Origin: Octopus bimaculoides
Lineage: Eukaryota
Direction of reading: 5' to 3'
Assembly: GCF_001194135.2 (NCBI RefSeq)
Contig: NC_068983.1
Location: forward strand, 68,181,841-68,245,840
Length of the DNA: 64,000 nt
Shown in pieces: positions 12,420 through 25,470 of the stretch. Numbering within the stretch: position 1 is the first letter of the stretch; each line of letters opens with the position of its first letter. The notes beneath the pieces are model-generated. The model had not been told where the DNA came from. It saw only the letters and a program-made list of their open reading frames with translations, and ran no database searches. The translations under genes were made by a program, and so were the position numbers.

Positions 12420-14575
12420 GGCGGTCGGCAGTCAGGCCAAAGAATGCGATTAGTTTCCCTCTGACTATTCGTTCCATGGCTTTGCTGGTGTGTGAAGTCA
12501 GAGAGACAGACCTATATTTTTTGGCATCTGCTCCGCTTCCACCTTTATGGATTGGGCATATCATTCCCTCCTTCAGTTTGCTTGGCAGCCTGCCATTTGC
12601 AAGAAAACTCTGGAAGAGAATCTGTAGTGGTTTCGCCAGGGCACACTTACACGATTTGAAGAGGATTGTTGGGAAACCATCAGGGCCAGCAGTTGAGTTT
12701 GCGTCCACCTCATCTATGACTAGTATTATATCTTCTTCACCAATGTTGATGTATTCCATCGTAGCTGCCTCGCTGGTTATATGTGAAGCGGCAAAGAAAT
12801 CCACTGGTTCGTTCATTTGTCGGTATTCCAACGGGGTGGCAAAGACACTTTTGAACTGGTCATTCTTTGGTATAATGAAGAAGGCCTTTGGGTCTGACTT
12901 GATGTTTTTTATAACCCAGGCTTCTTTGTTTGCTCCATCCTTCACATAGGTTTGTTGCAGGCTTTTTTCAGTCTCCATCAGTGTTGTTTTTAGGCGGGAC
13001 CTTTCACTACTTTTGGGATGTTGGTTGAAGCGATATGCAGCCTTCGCTTGTCGTCTCATGAGAATCTTCCTCTCCCTTGGAATCTTGTTCCTTTTTATGT
13101 TAACTTTGTGCTCAGGGACATATTTCTGGCATATGGGTTGCATAACAGACATGAAATATTCGAGTTTCACACCAATGTCTAGTGTGAAGAGACATTTCGG
13201 CCAGTCCTGTCTGAAGATCTCTTTTTTGGATCGATTTCCAGTCTGCTTTGTGGAAGTTCGGAATGGAGAGATTTTGGGTGCTTCCTTTAGGCTGTATGTC
13301 TTTGGCTACTTTTGGTCCATACATAGACAACTCTATTATGTTGTGATCCGAAACTAATGTCGGCGTCACTTTCGCATTATGAATGTCTATATTGTTTGCG
13401 AAGCAGAGATCCAATGTTATTCGCCCTGGTTGGTCTGAGCACAACTTGCTCCATGAATAGGGCATTGATGAGGTTGAGCAAGAACTCCACCTGTACTTTT
13501 TTGCAATGAGTCATTCCTGAGAGCATGAGGCCTTCGGGCCATTTGAAATTAGGGAAGTTAAAATCACCCATAAGAAACACGCTCACGTGATGTTCCAGTT
13601 TCATGAGGATTTCTTTTATTCTTGTGGGGCAATCTTTAAACTTGCCTGTGTGGTATGGTGGGCGATATGTATTGCATAGAACTATATTGTATACAACTAC
13701 AGTGTCACATACTGAATTTGAGTATGACAGTAGGACCTGGAGTATGAGGTCTTCACAGATGTATACAGCAACTCCAGCATGGTTCCTTTCCCTTCTGTCT
13801 GTTCGCAGTATGGTATATTTTGGTAGTTGTACTTCTGCAACCTCTATATCAGGCCTCAGATGAGTTTCCACAAGTGCTATGCTTAGGACTTGATTGTATG
13901 CAGCAACGTCTCTCAGAAAAAAGATTTTGTTTTTGTTGTTGTGATGCAACAAGCTTCAAAAGTTTAGTAAAAAAAAATATTGGCATGACGACTGTTTTGG
14001 TGTTAGGAGAGGCCATCCCGTGTCTGTTGATTGTGGTGGTCTTGCGCAGTGGTGGGCAAGGATCCGTGTTTGCGCTTGATGTAGCCAGGTCACAATCTGC
14101 ACAATCTTTTGCGCCATGCACAAAAAGATTCTTGCTCAGCTGCTGCCTTTCGTATAACATCTGAAGAGCGCACTGCATCTGCATACTTTCTTTTTGGAGA
14201 CGATTGGTATCTTTCCTCTGGGAAGTATTTCTTCTTAAAGCCCCTATAGTTTATACCGTTTTCCCCATGCCAACATTTGCCTTGCAGGTAAAATTTGCAC
14301 GTCCTCGTCTTTACTCCCAATTTTTTCTCTCTTCTAGAGTTGCGAATTCCATTGGAACCTCCATATTTTGGATTTTTGTTTTCTGTTTGGTGGTTTGGGG
14401 TTTCACATTTAGTTTTAGTTGTTTCGTCCTTTCTTTTTCCTTCCTCTCCTTTTTCTTTTTTATGTTTTTGCATGAGGTCTTTCCTTCCTTTACTGGTAGT
14501 GGCCTTTGCATTCCTCTGGTTGTCCATTGGGGTGAGGGCTGTATTTATTTAAGCACACACGCTGACATTTGAAGT
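12420..14575 (-). mobile_element. CR1/L2-type LINE, decayed: CCCH zinc-finger ORF1, APE endonuclease, RT N-terminus, 3' part missing
   Basis: CKFYLQGKCWHG; LVETHL...RTDR...GVAVYI...YRPP...LMGDFNFP; GPDGFP...PIHKGG...YRSVSLTS..SKAMERIV; frameshifted. Confidence 0.9.
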
Positions 14576-14599
14576 AAATGCAAATTCACACTAAATACT

Positions 14600-16170
14600 G
14601 ATTATTTAATGGAAGAAAATACAATGTTAGAATTGATACTTACATTAAATAGTAGATTACACTATATATAATTAGGTTAAAGAAAGAACAAGTAATATTA
14701 GATCTGACATGTTAACTAAATGATGGATTATACCATATACTAAATAAGTTAGTAAATGAATGACAATATTACAATTTACTTGTAAAATAAATGGTGAAAA
14801 ATAACCCTATACTAATTAGGTTGAAGTAAAACTGTTAATTTTAGAGCTGATATCTATACTACATGGGGGATTGTACCATATACTAATTTAGTTTATGAAA
14901 GAACAGGCAATATCAAAGCTATCACATAAACTAAAAGGCAGATTATACCTCTAATTTATTAGGTTAATGAAAGAATGGACAATATTGGAACTGACATATA
15001 TATTAGATGGTGGATTATACCACAAATTATATTTAGGAAAGACTGGATTAATATTAGAGCTAACATTCAAATTAAATAGCAGATTACACCAAATACATAT
15101 TAGGTTAATGAAAGAAAAGATATCAGAAGCAACATTTAAACTAAATGATAGATTATATGAACAACTAATACAGTTGAGGATATGACATCAATATTAGAAC
15201 TAGTATATAAACTAAATGGAGCATTATATCATTTACTAATTAAGAAAGGAAGAGGTAATATTTGACTTTACTAATGGTCTATACAAAATATCACATCAAT
15301 CATTGCCAGTGGTCCACCCTAACCATGGGACACTTGGCATCTCACCATCAACCATGCTGATCTTCTCCTTCAAAAACACCTGCAGAGCCACTCTCAAGAG
15401 CAAAAGGTACAAGAGGAAGAACCACAACACCATATCATTAAATCCTGACCACACCTTCACCTGCTACCACAGTAGCATGCCTGCCTATCCCACATTGGCC
15501 TTGTCAGCCACAAGCATGCCTGCGGTCATCATGGACCAGCCCTTTCATAATATTCATTTACAAAACCAACCCAGGAAGATACTAAAGATCAAATAGGTTA
15601 ATAAAAGTATGAGTAGTATAAGAGTCGACATTTAAATTAATTGGTGAATTATGCCATATGTTATGTGGTATGTGTTCAGGAAGAGAAAAGACTATATTAA
15701 TGTGGATATATGAACTAAATGATGGATTGTATCACATAATTAGAATAATGAATGGGCAGTAATAGAATTGGCATATACTAACTAGATTAAAGAAAGAATA
15801 GTCAATATTAATGCTAACATTTAAATCAAATAGCAATCTATATTATATACAGAAAATATAAAAACTGACATGTAAACTAAATAGATGATACTATAAATTA
15901 GCTAAGTGAAGCATAGACAATATTAGGGGAGTATAAAAAATATTAGGGAGCATAGGCAACATAAACAAAAGTGTATACTTTACTATATAATAATTAAGGT
16001 AAAAAAAACGTACAGGCAATATTAGAGTTAACATTTTAATCAAATTGTGGTTCATATCAAATACTAATTAAACTAATAAAAGAATGTGCTGTATTAGGGG
16101 TGACATGTAAATTAGATTATACCGTTCAGGGAAGACAGAGCAATGTTAGATACGTCATTTAAAGTAAATG
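14600..16170. repeat. Degenerate about 70-bp tandem array, interrupted at about 15290-15580
   Basis: Units like aatattagagctgacatttaaactaaatggtggattataccatatactaattaggttaatgaaagaa start at about 14693, 14762, 14834, 14907, 14980, 15048, 15117 and 15186, and again after 15590. Confidence 0.8.
15295..15580 (+). mobile_element. RTE-like LINE ORF2 C-terminal fragment
   Basis: TLKSKRYKRKN...HTFTC / CLSHIGLVSHKHAC terminal zinc-knuckle-like motif. Confidence 0.6.
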
Positions 16171-16322
16171 GTCAGGAAACAAACTTTTTAACCAGACACC
16201 CACACCTGCACCTAACACAGCCAGAGAATGCAAGAAACAAGGTAAGAAGTAGGTAAGAGTTGAGTGCTGAAATATAACTAAGAAAAACAACAAAAGTGAG
16301 AGAATAAAAATTCTTTGATGTA

Positions 16323-16328
16323 TTTATT
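16323..16328 (-). promoter_or_regulatory. Probable Drosha polyadenylation signal (AATAAA), 3'UTR about 290 nt
   Basis: tttatt on + strand; a U/GU-rich tract follows on the minus strand (about 16275-16310). Confidence 0.6.
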
Positions 16329-16612
16329 GCTTCACTGATTTGTTCATTTGTTTGAAAGTCTTTTTGTTTCGTTTTTTTTTTAATCAGAAAAAGAATTTTT
16401 TTGATAATAAATTATGAGACAAAAAATTTGTCAATATCATGTTGTCTGTGAATTCCTGACAGACAAGAGTTTGTGGAATGGTTCCAAAACGTCCTTGGAC
16501 GTCATTTTTGGTCAAATGCAGATGGAACAGGCCCCAATGTTATGAGCACTCCATCTACCAACAATTCAGCAGTATTTTTTTTCAACAGTAAAATCTATTA
16601 TCTATGGCTCTG

Positions 16613-16710
16613 TCAGTGGTGTTCATCTTGGCGACGAGAACTTCGCCTTTTCTTTTTAGGGTGCCGTCGTTCTAGGAATCTCTTTTGGTGAGCCAAAATT
16701 GGGAACAATT
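16613..16710 (-). CDS. DROSHA: Drosha last coding exon E23 (ELFPILAHQKRFLERRHPKKKRRSSRRQDEHH*)
   Basis: ttctag acceptor; FP..AHQKRF.ER motif; TGA at 16613-16615. Confidence 0.95.
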
Positions 16711-17871
16711 CTAGAATGAAAGAAAGAATATAGAAAGAATGGGATAAAAACATATAATACAAATTGTAAGAAATTTTGGGACAATCCCAAAAAAGGTAGA
16801 AGTGTTTAGACATTTTTAGCCTGAAATAAATGAACCAGTTTTCATTGTCTACAATATTTCCTTCCAAATTGAGGGACAGGAAAGGGAAAGATCAAATTAT
16901 CTGATTTGTTGTTGTATGAAAATCTTAATTTTCAGGAGTATAATCCACATAGTAGGTGCTTTTGTTGCTGTTTTGTCCCAAATCACTTACACCTAGATAA
17001 TCACCCTGTTAATTCCATCGTATGTGTATGTCATATCTTCAATACTCCATACATCCTCTCCAGCACATCTCTGGGCTAAAAGCTAAAGCATATTGGCAAG
17101 TGAGTGTCTGCCAGTCAGCAGGGTAGCTTTCTTTTGGCTGTGATTTACAATGTGTACATGTGTATAATAACCCCAGTACTCAGCTGAGGGTCATATCATC
17201 AACACCTCATACATCTCACTTCCATATCATAGACACCAATATCTTATGTACTCGATTTCTCTTCACTTTATGAGTTGGTTTATCAAAAAATCTATGAGAT
17301 TTATGGAGAACCGATTTTAATTCTATACTAACACAGTTACACAAATTGTCACAATATATCCACCGTTTAAAGGTCAAAATTTCTCAAATAATAGATATCA
17401 AAATACATATTTTATATTTTTTTATTTGCTTTACAATGAAAATGTTTATTAAAAAAATATCTGACTTCTGAGTTTGACATAAAAAGTTATTCCCCTTTAT
17501 TACAGTTTATGCAACTTTCTTTGACTAGAAAATTATTTGTCTTAATATTTGGAGCAGAGTGGATTGTTAAGAAATTAAACCATCAAAATTTACAGTATTC
17601 AATTACAATGTTTTCTTTTCTGAGTTCAAATTATAAATTCATTCTTCCTAGGCTAATATAATGGGATGAATTCAACTGTCTATATCCCCTAAAAATGTTA
17701 GTTCTGCATCAGACTATTGACTAAAGAGGCCTAACCCTAATTTACTCTATTGTTATGTCTGTAAACAAGACATTTCAGTTGTTTGTTCAGTTGTAAATAA
17801 ATAGCATTGGTTAATACCGTTGTTGTTTTTCTTTAACTTCAAGTCAACTCTGATCAATAAAATTTATTACT

Positions 17872-18067
17872 TTATTCTTCTATTTGTTTCAGTCATTTGA
17901 CTGCAGCCATGCTGGAGCACTGCCTTTTAGTTGAATAAATCGACCTCAGGACTTACTCTTTGTAAGCCTAGTACTTATTCTATCGGATTCTTTTGCCGAA
18001 CCGCTAAGTTACGGTGACATAAACACACCAGCATCGGTTGTCAAGCGATGGTGGAGGGACAAACACC

Positions 18068-18123
<56 letters not shown>

Positions 18124-18256
18124 TATACAACAGGCTTCTTTCAGTTTCCGTCCACCACTCACAAGGCTTTGGTCAGCCCGAGGCTATAGTAGAAGACACT
18201 TGCCCAAGGTGCCATGCAATAGGACTGAACCCAGAACTTACCACACAGCCACTCCT
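17872..18256 (-). mobile_element. CORE-type SINE, family A, with internal (CA)n
   Basis: Head aggagtggctgtgtgg, CORE-like ccttgggcaagtgtctt, internal microsatellite, tail ...gtcaaatgactgaaac. Confidence 0.8.
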
Positions 18257-18745
18257 GTGCCTATTATATTTTCCATTTGTGTCCATCTCATTTTTATTTT
18301 CAGATACTGTATATAAGACTGCATTATACAATATCTTTCTTTTTTTAAACTAAAATAGATGTATACGATTTGACAGAAATTTGACTGCTATTTCTATCAG
18401 GCCAAGCTAAAAATAGAAGCTCCTTCAATGGCTTGACTGACAATTGTTTTCTTAGCTCAAAGTATTCATTTCAAATGCTGCTAAGTGTACAACATTAAAG
18501 AGAGGTAGATTCTAGCAAGCAGACTAGCCCTAAGTATACCAAATGGAATCGAAATCTTCAAATTCTACTGTAACAACCCAGTAATAGGAACCAATCATTT
18601 CATATAAACAACAGCCCACAACGCCAAGACCTTAACCAAATTCTCATGGAAAGAACAACTTAAATGGGATACTTTATGCTGAAAACACCCCACACCACCC
18701 TGAGCTCAGCCAAGCTTACTATTCAATATCTCTCATGGCAAAACA

Positions 18746-19050
18746 CATCATCATCATCATCATCGTCATCATTTAACGTCCGCTTTCCATGCTAGCATGG
18801 GTTGGACGATTTGACTGGACTGGTGAAACCCGATGGCTACACCAGGCTCCAATCTGATTTGGCAGTTTCTATAGCTGGATGCCCTTCCTAATGCCAACCA
18901 CTCAGAGAGTGTAGTGGGTGCTTTTATGTGCAACCCGCACAAAGGCCAGTCAGGCGGTACTGGCAATGGCCACGCTCAAAATGGTGTATTTTATGTGCCA
19001 CCCACACAAGAGCCAGTCCAGGGGCACTGGCAACAATCTCGCTCAAAAGT
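18746..19050 (-). mobile_element. 5'-truncated RTE 3' tail
   Basis: (CAT)n-tttaacgtccgctttccatgctagcatggg; same tail as the RTE LINE at 32448-35270. Confidence 0.85.
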
Positions 19051-19171
19051 CGAAAGTCATGGCAAAACACAGCTAATAAAAATCAACCAGCAGTTATGTC
19101 ATATAGAAGAAAAAAAAAACCCAGTCCACATGGAGGATCTAGCAGTGAACAGACTACTCTTATAGATTTAC

Positions 19172-19317
19172 CTGATCTCTGGTTGAGTGCATTTGTAGCT
19201 GCAGCCATTTCAGCTTGTTGGATACTGTGACCAATTCCTGTAGCCAGACGTTCTCCACGGAAATACACAGCTACAGTATATTTTCTTGTGTTTGTTGGAC
19301 CAGATGACTCTATAACC
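19172..19317 (-). CDS. DROSHA: Drosha exon E22 (KVIESSGPTNTRKYTVAVYFRGERLATGIGHSIQQAEMAAATNALNQRS), dsRBD
   Basis: ttccag/gtaaat, 146 nt. Confidence 0.97.
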
Positions 19318-19355
19318 CTGGAAACATTAATAGAAATATTATATCAAGTGTTGTT

Positions 19356-19356
<1 letters not shown>

Positions 19357-19414
<58 letters not shown>

Positions 19415-20084
19415 TTAATGTCCTTCTTTCATACTGGCATGGGTTGGATGGTTGGACAGGAGATGGCCAGACAGGAGCCTGCACCATGCTTCTGGCATGA
19501 TTTTTATGGCTGGGTGCCCTTCCTAACACCAACCACTCCGCAGAGTAGGCTGTGAGCTTTTCACAAGGCACTCACACAGGTGAGGCCAGTTTTGGCATGG
19601 TTTATACAGCTGGATGCCCTTCCAAATGCCAACCACTTTACAGTGTGGACTGGGTGTTTTTTAAGTGGCACCTGCACTGGTGGCGTCACCAAATGACTTT
19701 GCAAGACAAGGAGTTTTTGTGAGGGGAGGAAGCATTGGAGGAGGTGATCATGTGTCAGATGATGAAAGGTTAGAGTGTGACAGAGAGACAGAAACAGATG
19801 TCTCACAGTAGAGGAGGTACAAGGTTACCCAGCCAGAGAGGGAGAGACAGAAGTAAAGAGACAGATGAAGAGAGACAGAGGAAGAGAGCAATAGAAAGAG
19901 AGCAAGAGTTAACAAGAATGAGGGCAGAAACAGGTGTGCTGCTAAAGAGGAGGAATATAGTTACCTAAAGAGAGAGGGGGGTTAACAAGAAAGAGGTGTG
20001 TTGCTGTGAAGGAGATACATGGTTACCTAGCCAGAGGGAAAAGCAAGAAGAAGGCGAGAGAGTGACCAAGAATGAGGGCAGAAA

Positions 20085-20085
<1 letters not shown>
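19357..20085 (-). mobile_element. RTE-tail element with long (CAT)n and longer 3'UTR variant
   Basis: Related to the copies at 48530-48972 and 56761-57260. Confidence 0.7.
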
Positions 20086-20126
<41 letters not shown>

Positions 20127-20388
20127 AATGCATGTGGTATTTTTCCAGATCTTTACATTCTGGTTTCNNNNNNNNNNAAAAAAAAAAAAAAAAAAAAAAA
20201 AGAAAAAAATGCATGTGGTATTTTTCCAGATCTTTACATTCTGGTTTCAAACCTGCTATAGGCAACTTTGCTTTTCATCCTTTGAAGATCAATAAAATAA
20301 AGCAACAGTGAAGTACTAGAGTCAATGGCATGAACTAATACTAATACCTTTCCCTCAAAATGATTGGCATTGTACCAAAATTTGAAAC

Positions 20389-20425
<37 letters not shown>

Positions 20426-21544
20426 GAGTTTAAATCCTTCTGGACTTAACTTTATTCTTCATTCCTCTAATGAGAAAACAATAATAATGTAATGCAATAT
20501 AGTCAACTTTGTACCCATATTCACTCAATCAGAAGAGTGTAAATCATCTGAATTTTTATCTGCAACAACTACTCCAATACAAATCTGCAGATTGTGGATC
20601 ACAAAATTCCATCAACTGTACCCATTCACATGCAAATGTAAAGACAGTGGCTCAGCAGTATTTATAAAGTAGTGGACAAAGTGCTTCACCATATTTAGTT
20701 ATGACCCTTTACATTCTAAGTCCAAATCTTACTGAGGTTATCTTTTATCTTTTATCCTTTTTGAGGGTTGTTAAGTCAAATATTGAGGTCTACTTTATAA
20801 ACCATAGGGACTCCCACCAAGATGTGTAACCTTATGCTTATGTTAGGAGAAATTATAATTATCAAAACAAAATGTATTGTTATATTTAGTTCTATCCCTT
20901 TACATTATAAGTCGTGTGGAACCTGTTAACAGCTAATCTAAGAATATACTCACTGACTGCAATAACAATGTCTGAACTCGTAGCCATGTGGTCAATACTA
21001 CAACATCCTACATCACAGTTAATGAATCTCTGTCTATTACACTGTGAAAGGCTTGTTTGTGCTTTAGTAATCCTTTCTACTATAGGCACAAGGCCTGAAA
21101 TTTGGGGGGAAGGGACTAGTCAATTACATCAATCCCAGTGTTTCACTGATACTTAATTCATCGACCCTGAAAGGATGAAAGGCAAAGTCGAACTTGGCGG
21201 AATTTGAGCTCAAAACACAAAGGCAGACGAAATGCCACAAAGCATTTTGCCTCGCATGCTAATGATTCTGTCAGCTCATTGCCTTGTTTGTGTTTTAATA
21301 ATAGTGTGAATGTTTGCATGTATATATATATATATGTGCAGAACAAAATGTTTTTTTTTTTGTGTGTAATATAAAGTAATATAAAAAATGGTGTAAGAAC
21401 AGGCGTTATGTACTATATTCATATATAGTATTAGGATAAATACTTTATAAGAATTTATCAAGTAGTTAGCGTGAAAAAACTTCATAAGGAAAAAACACCA
21501 TTCATTTTTTTCCAGTCAATCCAAACATGAACAAGCAAGAAAAA

Positions 21545-21740
21545 AACAAAATACAACAACAACAATGCAAGGACGTGGAATAAGTACAGTGTTATTGGAC
21601 GCTCAGGAAAGGAAAGAAACGAAACAGGATTTCACATTTCGAGTGAAGCTCTTCATCAGAAATATAGAAAAAGTCCAAAGAAGGGAAGACGGAGAAAGAA
21701 AATCGCCAACAATACACACGCGGTCACATATTGGAATCAA
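21545..21740. mobile_element. Penelope-like pLTR remnant
   Basis: acatttcgagtgaagctcttcatcaga motif, which is a hammerhead-like core on the minus strand. Confidence 0.55.
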
Positions 21741-21806
21741 TATGCAAGCAAATTATTGTGATTACACAACCCTTGTTCTCATGTCATTGTTTTATATATA
21801 TATGTG

Positions 21807-21845
<39 letters not shown>

Positions 21846-21846
<1 letters not shown>

Positions 21847-22614
21847 ATCATCATCATCATCGTCGTCGTTTAACGTCCGCTTTCCATGCTAGCATGGGTT
21901 GGACGATTTGACTGAGGACTGGTGGACCAGGAGGCGACACCAGGCTCCACTCTGATTTGGCAGATGCTGGATGTCCTTCCTAATGCCAACCACTCCGAGA
22001 GTGTAGTGGGTATTTTACGGTGCCACTAGCACAAGTGACAGGGAGGCGACGTTGGTAATGATCAACAGCCACATGGTAACGATCAACAAGGGTTGTGTAA
22101 TCACATTCATTTGCTTGCAGCTATTTCAGCTATAAAGAATTAAGCACTCAGAGATGAGTGACAGTGTGACATAGCTTCATCAGAGCCTTGCAAGTTCACA
22201 ACAGCTTAAAAATACCATGCATTATATGCATGTTGAGTTCTAGCAAATGGCTATTCGTCCTGATATGGTTAAGCACAAGAATATATAAAAAATATACACA
22301 TAATGTGTGTGTGTGTGTGTGTATGAGAGACAGAGAGAGAGTGGCTGTGCATGCGCGTGTGTGCATAAAGAAGCTAGAGAAACTCACTTGTATATTGGTA
22401 TATCTGGTTCACCACCATCTAGTTCTCGTAATGTCAAACAACATTGCTGAAGCTGTGATTTTGGATCATTCCAATCCTGATTCAAGATGAAGTCCTGTTG
22501 TAAACACCAAACAAACAAAAGATCAGTTAACAAAAGATCAGAGACTTAGAGCCTCGTTAGATTATTATTACATGATCAATCATCATCACTGACATCATTG
22601 GTCTTCACATTACT

Positions 22615-22646
<32 letters not shown>

Positions 22647-23738
22647 CATCATAACTTCCATTATCACCAATTTCATTATTGTCATCATCATCAATATCAT
22701 CATCATCAGCAGCAGCAGCAGCATCAACTTCATTACCCTTCATTATCACCTTCCTCGCTCCCATTATCATTACTATCATCACCAGCCTCCATCTTACTTC
22801 CCCTTCTTTCTCAATATTATCATTTTTGTGATCATCACTATCACTACTAACAATGTTATCACTGGGCTGCACATTTCTTCTTTTAATCATCATCACTGCT
22901 GATGATTAAAGCATTGTAATCATCATCATCATCATCATCGTTTAACGTCCGCTTTCCATGCTAGCATGGGTTGGACGATTTGACTGAGGACTGGTGAAAC
23001 CAGATGGCTACACCAGGCTCCAATCTGATTTGGCAGAGTTTCTACAGCTGGATGCCCTTCCTAACGCCAACCACTCAAGGTTGTTAATTCAATGCATTGT
23101 ATTAACACCATCTCCGCCACTCTTACTTGTATTATCATCACCATCAGCCTTAATGTAATACTAACTCCCAAAAACATTCACATATTAAATAAACAAATAT
23201 CCAATTTCTACACAATCCCACTCCACACTAACTTGTACAACCTGCCACACAAAGACAATGTCTTCAGTGGTGACTCTTATGATCCAGTAAGTTTTGGGGC
23301 TCACCACAATTATTTCTAAGATGTTTCATCTCATTACGTATCCATCATTTTATATCTAAACAACCTCACTAAATTTTGAGCTTCACCAAGATGGTTTGCC
23401 TGAATTAGATTTTTAAGACAGTAGCATTATATTTGAGAAAGATTTGGCTCAAATCTTGTAGGTCATGCAATTCTATCAGGCACTCAAAAAGCAACTGCGA
23501 AATTATCATCATCATCGTTTAACGTCCGCTTTCCATGCTAGCATAGGTTGGATGATTTGACTGAGGACTGGTGGATCAGGAGGTGACACCAGGCTCCAAT
23601 CTGATTTGGCAGAGTTTCTACAGCTAGATGCCCTTCCTAACACCAACCACTCCGAGAGTGTAGTGGGTGCTTTTACGTGCCACCGGCACAAGGGCCAGTC
23701 AGGTGGTACTGGCGACGGCCATGCTCGAAATGGTGTAT
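21846..23738 (-). mobile_element. Three separate RTE tails (21846-22035, 22918-23078, 23507-23738)
   Basis: Same (CAT)n/ccatgctagcat tail; the span also contains exon E21 and a low-complexity CAT tract. Confidence 0.8.
22388..22494 (-). CDS. DROSHA: Drosha exon E21 (DFILNQDWNDPKSQLQQCCLTLRELDGGEPDIPIY), dsRBD start
   Basis: caacag/gtgagt, 107 nt. Confidence 0.97.
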
Positions 23739-25095
23739 AAAAATTTAACATAACCAGACAAAATTCAAAACATACACCTGAAATACTGAGGGAACCACTA
23801 CATTTACTAATATTGGCTTTAAATTTTGGCACAAGGCCAGCAATTTGGGAGGAGGGGCTAAGTTGATTACATTGACCCTAGTGCTCAACTGGTACTTGTT
23901 TAATCAAACCTGAAGGGATGAAAAGTAATTTGAACTCAAAATGTAAAGACAGACAAAATGCTAAGCATTTTACTCAGTGCAGTAATGATGCTGTATTTAC
24001 TAATATTTATAACTATTTGTACCAACACTGAGAGTGTAAGAATCTAGAATCTGTACAAAATTATATCGATTCTAACAAAAATCCAAGTGAAGTAACACCT
24101 TACAGAATCAGCATTCTCATATGTACACCTTTGGAAATTCTAGATAGACTGAATCCTCAACATCATAACCCACACATCCTCCTCTTGAAATTACAACACA
24201 GACTCAATCACCAAACCTAACACAGAAATAGCTGATGATTGCAACAATATAAAAAATAATTCCTCACACATACCATTCTAATCATCATCAACAACAAAGC
24301 TTTCAATTCTATTCATTTCTATCAACTTACATAAAAAAAATATTCAACAGCACCTTAACCATTTTGATACCATATTTGTACTGAATTGCATTGCCCTTGT
24401 TTCAATTAATTTTGAAAATAAAGAAAACTTTAGTAAAATAACTTTGTCATTATTAAGCTACACCTACACAAAAAAATTAAAATATCAAAAATAAAAGTCC
24501 ACCTTGAGAGGCAATGGGTACAGTTTCTTATAGCAGCTAGCCTCAGCCCTTACACTCTTGGTGACTACTCAAGAAACAAAACAACCAGACACATAAACAA
24601 AGCCCTAAAACACTGCAACAGCATCAAAAAAACACTTTCTCTCCCACTCGGCCCAGACAAACATAAAAAAGAAAACTGTTAGAAATAGTTGCAGTATAGG
24701 TGCAGGCATGTCTGTGAGGTAAGAAGTTTACTTCCCAACTACATGGTTCCAGATTCAGTACGGGCATACAGAAATAGACAGAAGAATAGAAAGAATGCAA
24801 TATATCCATACTCTTTCACCACAAGCCATACACTAACTGAGACAAAGTATAACTGGAAAGATGGAACTATAAGAGTAATGCTGTGTTGTTTGGTCAACTA
24901 TTCACATAACATAGGACTTCTTTACCAGAGCTGACCTGGGCCCTCAAATTAACCTTAGATAAGTTACAGACAAGGCCTTCAGTGGCACCCTTAAAACCCA
25001 ATGGGTATACCATCAGTTCATCTAACTATGGAAGAAATAGATAACTAAGTAATACATTATATCCAGAAGATTTGGTAATGGAAATTTTCACTTAC

Positions 25096-25178
25096 TCTGA
25101 GTCTTGGGAAAAAACAGACATTGCAGAAGACACGGCAATAATCAAGAGCTTTGTCCACATAGAGAGCACCAATGAATG
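25096..25178 (-). CDS. DROSHA: Drosha exon E20 (AFIGALYVDKALDYCRVFCNVCFFPRLR)
   Basis: tcacag/gtaagt, 83 nt. Confidence 0.97.
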
Positions 25179-25410
25179 CTGTGAATGAAGGAAAATAGTA
25201 TCAGAAAGAGTTCTCACATGTATTAGAGGAAGATATCTTTAAACTCACAACAACAGATACATCTGACCACAAACTCACATCTTTCACACAATATGTAATT
25301 TATAATGAAATCTCTCACACACACACAGACACTCACATAGAATTAATTAAAATCTCCTCTCATGCTCATACATTTATACTACACATACACACAACACACT
25401 TACAGATATG

Positions 25411-25465
<55 letters not shown>

Positions 25466-25470
<5 letters not shown>

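Noticed and set aside
14967-15185. LRR-like periodic ORF (ILELTFKLNSRL)
   Set aside because: It lies in the about 70-bp array, whose unit lengths (68-73) break frame and whose neighbouring units contain stops.
20125-20250. Direct repeat aaaatgcatgtggtatttttccagatctttacattctggtttc on both sides of a 10-N gap
   Set aside because: Identical copies flanking a gap are most simply overlapping contig ends (assembly artefact).
22576-22896. Acidic/poly-K ORF (DDDDIDDDD...KKKKKKKK)
   Set aside because: Translation of a degenerate (CAT)n and poly-T intronic tract.
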